From contig CAVWVI010000003.1 in assembly GCA_963758495.1 (NCBI GenBank), positions 288,001 to 352,000 of the forward strand: a stretch of 64,000 bases of DNA, read 5' to 3'. The notes beneath the pieces were generated by a model that worked only from the letters and a program-made list of their open reading frames with translations, did no database searches and had not been told where the DNA came from. Made by a program: the position numbers and the translations under genes. Positions 56,770-64,000 of the stretch are shown piece after piece (positions within the stretch are counted from its first letter, which is position 1; each line of letters starts with the position of its first letter). This DNA is from Oligoflexia bacterium (GTDB taxonomy: Bacteria > Bdellovibrionota > UBA1018).

Positions 56770-58588
56770 ATGAAACTTCTCGCCGCAGGTATTTTGTTAT
56801 TTACGTCCATAGCACTAGCTGGAGATGGACCACTTTCTCTATCACCCGATCAATTTAATCAATATTTACAAAATATAGTGCAAAGGGAACAGCGAGAAAT
56901 AATTGAACTAGAAGCAAAACTGGCCACATTACTTTCGAAGCCCCCCAAAGAAAAAACCAACCTTCAAACGCAAATTGGAAGATTCAGACCTAGCCCCTCA
57001 TCACGGATGCCCATCCAAACCTCCTCTTCCAAAACCACTACTCCCACACCCAGCGAAAACGACAACGACGAATTGAAGCAAGCATTAATTGAGAGCCTAA
57101 GTAATGATATTGACGCGAAAAAATCAAACATTGAGTCCATCTACAAACTCTCTACAGACGAAACACATAATACCGAATTTCAATGCAGCATTTAGCAAGT
57201 TTTATGAAAACGATCAGGGCTTAAAGTCCAGAGTTGATCAACATCAAAACAACATCGATAACTTCAAGAAATGTGTGGAACAGTTAGGACTCTCCCAAAA
57301 TAAATCCTGCTCCGAGTGTGCAAATTCGGCAAAATGTCAGGTGGAAATAAACAAAATACTGCTCACCAGCATTGAACATTTCCAATCACTGACGCGCGAT
57401 CTTTGCTCTATGACTCTCAGATTAGCACAATTAGACGATGCAGATAATAAAGACCTGGCGGATAAACTCCAGGGACCTGCAAGGGATTTTTATTATGAGG
57501 GTAACCGTGACTTTCAAAACGTCATTATGACCTACCTCTCAATAAGTAGTGGAAAAGTAGATCATGGTCAAACTGAGACCGACAAGGCAATAGCCATTCT
57601 GAACTCCATGATAGGGTTGGGTGCCTTAGCAGGTGGACCCGTCGCTCCCGTCGTAACTGGCCTACTGGGAGTGATCGCCCAACCTATCGCGCAGAATACA
57701 CTGGGTGGTGGCTCCAAAGATCATCCGGCCCGCATTGCAGAAACGGTAGGTCTGGAGTCTCTGTCTACTGTGACCCGAGCTTTATTTCTGAATCTCATCG
57801 AAGGACTTTCAATAAATAATAGTGAAGCGACCTCAGATCAGTCTTGGGGGGAACTCGGAAAAAACTTAAGTTACATTGCCCGTCATTATTTGGCCGATGG
57901 AAGACTGATCGAATTCACAAAACAAATCAATTCCAACAGTCAACTCAAGAAAGATCAAAAAATTGGAATATACCTTTCCGCCCTTGTCTTGAAGTATCTA
58001 ACAGACTCCAAGGAACGAGAAACCCTATCCACCGACTTGAGCAAATCTGACCCGCTGAAAAATGCTCTCAAAACCATAAAGGAAAAAAAACTTGAGATTA
58101 AGGACATACCTACGGTAGTGAATCTAAAAACTGTTAAGTCAATTCAGGAGAGCATCCATAAAAACCCTTACTTTTATGTGCAAGCGAATACAGATACATT
58201 AGGCTTTCTTGCTCCATTTAAACCTTCAAAAGATCAAGCACTTGCCAGACTCTATCTCAAGCCGTACTTTTTGAAATTTGAAGAAATACCAGGAACAGAT
58301 CATGAGTTCTTCATTCGGGATTCAGATGGACATTACCTGACTGCAATAGACCATTCACATTTACGTTTCACGACTGAGCAGAATTATAGCATAAAATTTA
58401 TAGAATCCGAGGATTCTAAATTCAACATACTGGTTTTAAAAAATTCAAAACCGATGGGATTACTTTCTGAAAAAGCGGAGTATTGGGGTATTTACCATCT
58501 TAAATTAATTTCCCAAGGAGAAGCCGAGAAGAACAAAAAGAAGTTGCTTAAATTTACTGTTCAAACGCTAAGTGAAGAAATGCGCTAG
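56770..58588 (+). pseudogene. Probable single exported protein split by a frameshift near 57178
   Basis: ORF 56746-57195 has a signal peptide and overlaps ORF 57104-58588; deleting one T in gaatttcaat fuses them. Confidence 0.5.
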
Positions 58589-58810
58589 CTTTAAGGTGAA
58601 ATCGATTCCGAATTAATCATAACTCATTGGGCACTCTTCGTCGTCAGATATGTATAGAAATTGCAATTTCTGTTTAAGCACCTTTTTTTGATCGGAAGGG
58701 ACTTGTGCTTTCCACAAGCGAAGTTCCTCTAATTGATTTAAATTGAACACCCCAGAAATATCAGTGATCTGAGAATTATCAACATCGAGGTAAATAAGAC
58801 TTTCCAGTCC
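58575..58810. repeat. Diverged duplicate of 59573-59811 (LRR gene 3' end and its downstream flank)
   Basis: Long colinear near-identity, e.g. gaaattgcaatttctgtttaagcacc and ccagaaatatcagtgatctgagaattat. Confidence 0.88.
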
Positions 58811-58975
58811 ATACATATAAAGGAGAAAGACGGAAGTTCCCTTAAGTTTTCCGTGCATACTCTCAATAGTGAATTGCTTTGACTTCATCAGGAAAATAAA
58901 GTTTGACGCCAAAGCCGCCTAGCTATACTCAACTCATACTAATTTTCTGAAAAACAGCCATACTTAGGAGATCAA

Positions 58976-59569
58976 ATGAAAAAATTTATAAATAAAGTAT
59001 CAAACTACAAGACATCATCTAAGTGGATCACTATTTTTTCTATTTTTCTGATTATTGTAGCAGTTAGCAGTCTTCCCACTCCCAGTTGGGCCGACGAAAA
59101 TTTAAATTCAACGCAAAGAATATGTGACGTGCTTACTATCGCAAGGAACGAATCCGAGCAAAAATTCAAGAAATTAATTGAAACAAAATATAATCGTTCG
59201 GACATGAGATATTGGAACGATCTGGTTCAAGACATACTTACAAAAGAATTCAAAGACTTTCGTGATTTCGTAAGTATTGAGTTACTAGAGACCATCGAAT
59301 CCTTTTTGGAGGATGAAAAATTGGAATTTCGTACCGTTCTTCGAGAGTTTGCCGCTTTAATGGCAAAGGAAGAGCATTCACGTGTATCTGAAATTATCTT
59401 ATCGAGTCTAGAAAACCCGCAAACTGAAATTATTCTAGGTGATAGAGAAAAGACCGCACTAGCTTGGCTGAATTCCACTTACTCAAAAATATTTGATGCT
59501 GAAGCTATTTTAAAACAAATCGAGGAATCTTATATACCAGGCACTTTTGCGCTCAAACGATGGTATTAA
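58976..59569 (+). CDS. Hypothetical exported helical protein
   Basis: RBS aggag; signal/TM segment. Confidence 0.65.
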   Translation: MKKFINKVSNYKTSSKWITIFSIFLIIVAVSSLPTPSWADENLNSTQRICDVLTIARNESEQKFKKLIETKYNRSDMRYWNDLVQDILTKEFKDFRDFVSIELLETIESFLEDEKLEFRTVLREFAALMAKEEHSRVSEIILSSLENPQTEIILGDREKTALAWLNSTYSKIFDAEAILKQIEESYIPGTFALKRWY

Positions 59570-59628
59570 ATTAAGAAATGCGCTAGCTTCAAGGTGAAAT
59601 CGATTTCGAGTCAATCCTATAGCTTACG

Positions 59629-61221
59629 CTACCACCTTTCGTCGTCGGATATGTGTAGAAATTGCAATTTCTGTTTAAGCACCTTTTTTTGATCGGAAGG
59701 GACTGGTGCTTTCAGCACGCGAAGTTCTTCTAATTGATTTAAATTGAATAATCCAGAAATATCAGTGATCTGAGAATTATTAACATCGAGGTAAATAAGA
59801 TTTTCCAGTCCCATAAGAGCAGAGAGGTCACCCTTTAAATCAAGGTTATTGCGAGCATGAAGGTACTCTAATTCTTTTAGTCCCGCTAATGGAGAAAAAT
59901 CAACAATACCAGTCTCGTCAACGTTCAAGTAATTAAGATGACCCAAGTGAGCAAGAAAAGAGAAATCTCGAACCTTAGCGCCAACAAGATCCAGCGATTT
60001 TAACCCCTTAAGTCCTGATAGGTGTGAAATATCAGTCACTTTACTACCGGAAAGATCCAGCGATTTTAACCCTTTAAGTCCTGACAAGTGTGAAACGTCA
60101 CTTACTTTACTATAGGACAGATCCAAAACTCGCAACGAGGCGAGCTGAGAAAGCGAACTGACATGATCGATCTTGGTACCACTTAAAGCGAGTATTTCCA
60201 AACTCCTCAGCCCGCCAAGAGGAGGAAGCTCAGTAAACTTTCCTCTTGAAAGATTCAGATATCTTAGATTCCCAAGATCCGAGAGAGGTGTAAGATCAGT
60301 CACAGGGGTATCTTCAAGCCTAAGCCGTTTCAGATTTCTAAGGTGAGAAAGCCCAGAGATGTCAGACACCTGGGTGTCAGCCATATCAATCTCTTCCAGA
60401 TGAACCAGCTCAGAAAGCGCAGAGACATCACGAATCTTGGACCCTCTGATATTCAGGGCTTTCAAGTCTTTAAGACTAGATACAAAAGAAAAACCGTCAG
60501 GATTCGTCAATCCCATATAGAGTGTATTTAGATTTTTGAGCTTAGGTAAAAACGAAAGGTCCACCTGTGACAAGAGATAAATACGAAGATCCCTGAGATT
60601 TTCGTGTTCAGATAACACCCACAGATCATTTTCTCCTAGCTCTCTGAGCCGATTCAAATTCAGGCACTTGAGCTGAGTCAGCCTTCCTAAAACATAAATA
60701 TCCGTTACTTGAGTTCCGGAGAGATTCAAATTTTCCAAGCTCTTGATTTCGGCAAGAGGAGTTAAGTCTCTGACTCGGGTGGCTTCCAAATTTAGACTTT
60801 TTAATTCTTTCAACCCAGCAAGGGCAGAGATGTCTGAAATTCGTGCGCCTTCTATATTCAAATAGGTCAATTTCTTTAAACCGGAAAGTGCAGAAATGTC
60901 GTCCAACCCCGTCGAGGGAATATTGAGCACACGGAGATTATTAAATCGACTGAACTCATAAAGAACGTGAGAGTTTTTGATTATGCCCTTGATGGTAATT
61001 GCTTGAATATCACTTGGCAGAGTCCTGATGTATTTTGCATTCAGCTGAGACCCTCGGATCACTACTCCCTCTTGGATCTCTTTCTTCGTCAAGTCATCTA
61101 GAAAGTCATCGGTAAATTCATAGAACCCGAACCCATGCGCTGACCCAATGAATTGGATGACTATCCCCACAACTATTACCATCTGAGTGATCATCTTCAT
61201 ATTGCAGCGCACCAGTAACAT
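59629..61221 (-). CDS. Secreted internalin-like leucine-rich repeat protein
   Basis: Signal peptide; many 22-aa LxxLxxLxLxxTxVxDISxL units. Confidence 0.92.
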   Translation of the reverse strand: MLLVRCNMKMITQMVIVVGIVIQFIGSAHGFGFYEFTDDFLDDLTKKEIQEGVVIRGSQLNAKYIRTLPSDIQAITIKGIIKNSHVLYEFSRFNNLRVLNIPSTGLDDISALSGLKKLTYLNIEGARISDISALAGLKELKSLNLEATRVRDLTPLAEIKSLENLNLSGTQVTDIYVLGRLTQLKCLNLNRLRELGENDLWVLSEHENLRDLRIYLLSQVDLSFLPKLKNLNTLYMGLTNPDGFSFVSSLKDLKALNIRGSKIRDVSALSELVHLEEIDMADTQVSDISGLSHLRNLKRLRLEDTPVTDLTPLSDLGNLRYLNLSRGKFTELPPLGGLRSLEILALSGTKIDHVSSLSQLASLRVLDLSYSKVSDVSHLSGLKGLKSLDLSGSKVTDISHLSGLKGLKSLDLVGAKVRDFSFLAHLGHLNYLNVDETGIVDFSPLAGLKELEYLHARNNLDLKGDLSALMGLENLIYLDVNNSQITDISGLFNLNQLEELRVLKAPVPSDQKKVLKQKLQFLHISDDERW

Positions 61222-61344
61222 GCTGTCCGATCAATGTCCACGACCCAGTTGCAGTAGGAAAGATAAAACATATTTTCTTCGGAATTGTTTTGCATACATC
61301 GTGTGATTGCGATTTTCTGACAAAAAAAGTATCTGAATAAAACT

Positions 61345-62178
61345 ATGAATAAAACTGATGAAAATTTGATCGCTGCGCCCCTCGGAAAAAAGTCTGCCTA
61401 TGAGAACAAGTATAATCCTCGCCTGCTTTTTCCAATTCCAAGGAAAACAAAACGGGATGAAATCAGCATCCCAACCCGATTGCCTTTCACCGGCTTTGAC
61501 ATCTGGACCGCTTTTGAAATGTCCTGGCTAAACCCAAAAGGCAAACCCATGGTTGCCCTAGGCGAGTTTCGAATTCCTTGTGAATCCCCCAATATCATTG
61601 AGTCTAAGTCTCTCAAACTCTATTTGAACTCTTTCAATAATAGCCATTTTGAGTCATTTGAGAAGGTTAAGGCGACGATTCAGAGTGACCTCTCTCATGC
61701 AGCCGGGATGAGCGTGCAAGTGGAAGTTAGACCACTCAATCAGGCCGGTCGAACCATCAGTGATCTTGAAGGAAAGTGTTTGGATCATTTGGATATTGAA
61801 TGCACCGAATATCAACCTAATACCTCCTTCCTCAAAACTGATTCAAGTCTGGTGAATGAAGTTTTGTACTCTGATCTTTTGAAGTCTAATTGCCTAGTTA
61901 CAGGGCAGCCTGACTGGGGCTCGATTGAGATTCGATACAGCGGCAATAGAATCAATCACGAAGGACTTTTAAAATACATCGTCTCCCTCCGAGATCATAA
62001 TGAGTTTCACGAGCAATGCGTGGAAAGGATTTTCAGCGATATCCTAAGGAACTGCTCTCCAATGGAACTGACGGTTTACGCGAGGTATACGCGGAGAGGT
62101 GGATTGGATATTAATCCGTTTAGAACCAATTCAAAATCGGTTTCCAATCTAACCAACCACCGGCTTTTGAGGCAGTAA
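61345..62178 (+). CDS. queF: NADPH-dependent 7-cyano-7-deazaguanine reductase (type II)
   Basis: ESKSLKLYLNSF, SNCLVTGQPDW, EFHEQCVE, YTRRGGLDINP. Confidence 0.96.
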   Translation: MNKTDENLIAAPLGKKSAYENKYNPRLLFPIPRKTKRDEISIPTRLPFTGFDIWTAFEMSWLNPKGKPMVALGEFRIPCESPNIIESKSLKLYLNSFNNSHFESFEKVKATIQSDLSHAAGMSVQVEVRPLNQAGRTISDLEGKCLDHLDIECTEYQPNTSFLKTDSSLVNEVLYSDLLKSNCLVTGQPDWGSIEIRYSGNRINHEGLLKYIVSLRDHNEFHEQCVERIFSDILRNCSPMELTVYARYTRRGGLDINPFRTNSKSVSNLTNHRLLRQ

Positions 62179-62184
62179 TCAGTA

Positions 62185-63551
62185 ATTGTGCGCCGTCCAC
62201 ACAGGATGATTTCCTCCTATTACGTCGATGCTCCAGCTAAGGACCGAGGATAAAATACTTGATCTTCATGAAACAAGGTCCACTCTCGATTCAGGTGGAT
62301 TTGTGCTAAAGTCCTTTTGACGTCAAAAAATTCATAAAACTCCAGGGCCCTCTTGGTTAAGCCCAGTCTCATAGCTGGAGTGTTATGGTTAGACTTTGGA
62401 TCTTTCTTATGAGGCTTTACAAATTGAGGCCGAAAGAAATTTTTCCACACCATGAAGAGGACGTACTTTCCAACCATTCGAGCGTGGTTTTTTGCAAAGC
62501 AGATGGTTTCCCGACTGAACGCTCCCATATGCTGACGAATTAAGAGATCCGCGTGATTTACACTGAATAGACAGTTTTGATAATTCCGCGTCTGCTTAGA
62601 AGATACCGTGACTTGATGGATTTTAAGATCCTTCAAATCGCGTTCAACAGCTCTACGATATTGAAAATGTTCGTCCGAATAAATCACCAAGGGCTGAGCT
62701 AGATCCGCTCTTCTTTCATAGAGGCGAGAGAAGATCTCCACCGTGCTAATTCGAATGGCTTTTGGCGGGTAACGCCCCTCTTTTTCTTCCGTCAACCGTC
62801 GGACTTGCTTTTGCCTTGGAGACATCCTTCCTTTTCGATTAAGTGGCGCGAAGTTAAAGTCATAAATAAACAAAGACTCCTTGCCGATAGCTTGTTGGAT
62901 TTGATTCGGATCATACTGACTTTTAGCAAACGCTTCGAGGCCATCATAAACGAGGGGCTCGCTGATCTTCAACGCCTGGGTGCGCTCTGTTTGTTTTATC
63001 AGCGCCCACTGAACCAATTTTCTCACTCTGAGGCGGATGAGATGTTCGGAAGTCTCCAGCCTTCTTGCGATTTCTCGATTGGACACTCCACACGTCATAT
63101 AACTGAAAATCTTGCAGTTTAAGCCAGGTTTTTTCTCGCGAAAATCGAGCTTAAAATAAGTATACCGAAAATTTCTATTACAGGAACGACATCGAAATTG
63201 GCGAACCCGGTAAGGATAGCAACGAGTTTTAGCCCAACCATTTGACCAAAAAAAAGAATTGAAATCCTTCTCATTGGAGGGAAGATGAAACTTGCACATT
63301 TCATTTGGGCAATAGGGTGGCTGGAAACACTTTTGTCTCAGAATAAAAGGATCTTCTTGCATAGAAAGCACTGAATGCAGATCTTCAGCCTTTGCCCGAC
63401 CCTAAGCAGTCACAAATTCGTATTTAAATTCAATCCCTTCGACCTCACCCTAACAGAAGCAACCGATCCGAATATCTTGCACAGCGCTCGAAATCTGGAC
63501 CGAACCCCCTCAAGGAGGGCTCGATCTTTTCCTTTGTGTGCGGCGCACAAT
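62185..63551 (-). mobile_element. IS1/IS1595-like insertion sequence with imperfect TIRs
   Basis: Ends attgtgcgccgtccacacagga / reverse complement attgtgcgccgcacacaaagga flank a single transposase. Confidence 0.75.
62220..63371 (-). CDS. Transposase: zinc finger, HTH and DDE-like domain
   Basis: CPN..C..H / C..C zinc finger, SNREIARRL HTH, YDGLE, SDEH..Y, TPAMRLGL. Confidence 0.8.
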   Translation of the reverse strand: MLSMQEDPFILRQKCFQPPYCPNEMCKFHLPSNEKDFNSFFWSNGWAKTRCYPYRVRQFRCRSCNRNFRYTYFKLDFREKKPGLNCKIFSYMTCGVSNREIARRLETSEHLIRLRVRKLVQWALIKQTERTQALKISEPLVYDGLEAFAKSQYDPNQIQQAIGKESLFIYDFNFAPLNRKGRMSPRQKQVRRLTEEKEGRYPPKAIRISTVEIFSRLYERRADLAQPLVIYSDEHFQYRRAVERDLKDLKIHQVTVSSKQTRNYQNCLFSVNHADLLIRQHMGAFSRETICFAKNHARMVGKYVLFMVWKNFFRPQFVKPHKKDPKSNHNTPAMRLGLTKRALEFYEFFDVKRTLAQIHLNREWTLFHEDQVFYPRSLAGAST

Positions 63552-63639
63552 CACAAACCACACTGAAAACGCCCTGTCATGGTCGGAAAAATGCAGCATT
63601 TTACTCTAAAAGAATAACCAAAATAACCGAGGCTAAAAA

Positions 63640-64000
63640 ATGAAGGAACGGGCTTTCTCTTTTATTCCTATGAATCATAGACCACCCAAACCAAGAACGA
63701 AAGGTATGACTGAAATTCGGGGTCCCTACTACTCCGTCATGGGAAAACGCTACCTTTCTGATATTCTTGAAACCCTCGGAGACTCAATAGATGGTCTCAA
63801 ATTCGCGGGCGGGTCATTTGCCCTACTTCCTCGAGACCAATTAAGCGCACTGATTGAGATTGCCCATCAAAATAATGTTTACGTATCTACAGGCGGCTGG
63901 ATTGAACGTGTCCTATGCTTTGGTTCAGAAACTACCGATAAATATATCGCAGAGGTTCAAAATCTCGGATTCGATGTCGTTGAACTTTCCACAGGTTTCG
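63640..64000 (+). CDS. comA: Phosphosulfolactate synthase, 3'-truncated by window edge
   Basis: RPPKPRTKGMTEIRGPYY, DGLKFAGGS, VSTGGWIE, GFDVVELSTGF. Confidence 0.88.
   Translation, partial: MKERAFSFIPMNHRPPKPRTKGMTEIRGPYYSVMGKRYLSDILETLGDSIDGLKFAGGSFALLPRDQLSALIEIAHQNNVYVSTGGWIERVLCFGSETTDKYIAEVQNLGFDVVELSTGF

Noticed and set aside
61345..62178. queF as part of a 7-deazaguanine DNA modification island
   Set aside because: No dpd, tgt-like or other que genes are nearby; it looks like the housekeeping enzyme.

Overview
Bacterial chromosomal segment. Gene types suggest Bdellovibrionota/Oligoflexia or another deltaproteobacteria-like host (inference only). 1-7.4 kb is ordinary host DNA: CDF transporter, tRNA-Arg(UCG) among small inverted-repeat elements, SlyD, RRM protein, IF-1, desaturase, OsmC, ABC-2 exporter and OmpA. 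A ~31.5 kb integrative conjugative-like element (ICE) sits in tRNA-Glu(UUC), bounded by a 48-bp direct repeat (7445-7492 / 38920-38967). It carries one tightly coupled minus-strand operon (pilin, VirB3/4, VirB5/6/9/10-like genes, a 172-nt hairpin, a Replic_Relax-type nuclease, a coupling protein, xis, int). That operon is preceded by a sigma54 -24/-12 motif and faces a divergent, element-encoded sigma54 activator/SDR/histidine kinase operon. The att core lies inside the integrase reading frame, so excision would swap its C-terminus and place parA and a rep-like gene downstream. Right of attR is a nest of mobile DNA: an IS4 element inside the RT gene of a group II intron, which sits in or beside the non-coding end of an IS110 element. 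Further right are an unusual cysteine desulfurase / motif-altered MetRS paralogue / cysteine synthase-rhodanese cluster, DinB, secreted proteins, an LRR protein with a duplicated 3' end, queF, an IS1/IS1595-like element whose ends match a MITE at 912-1074, and a partial comA. All family assignments are from motif recognition by eye; no searches were run.
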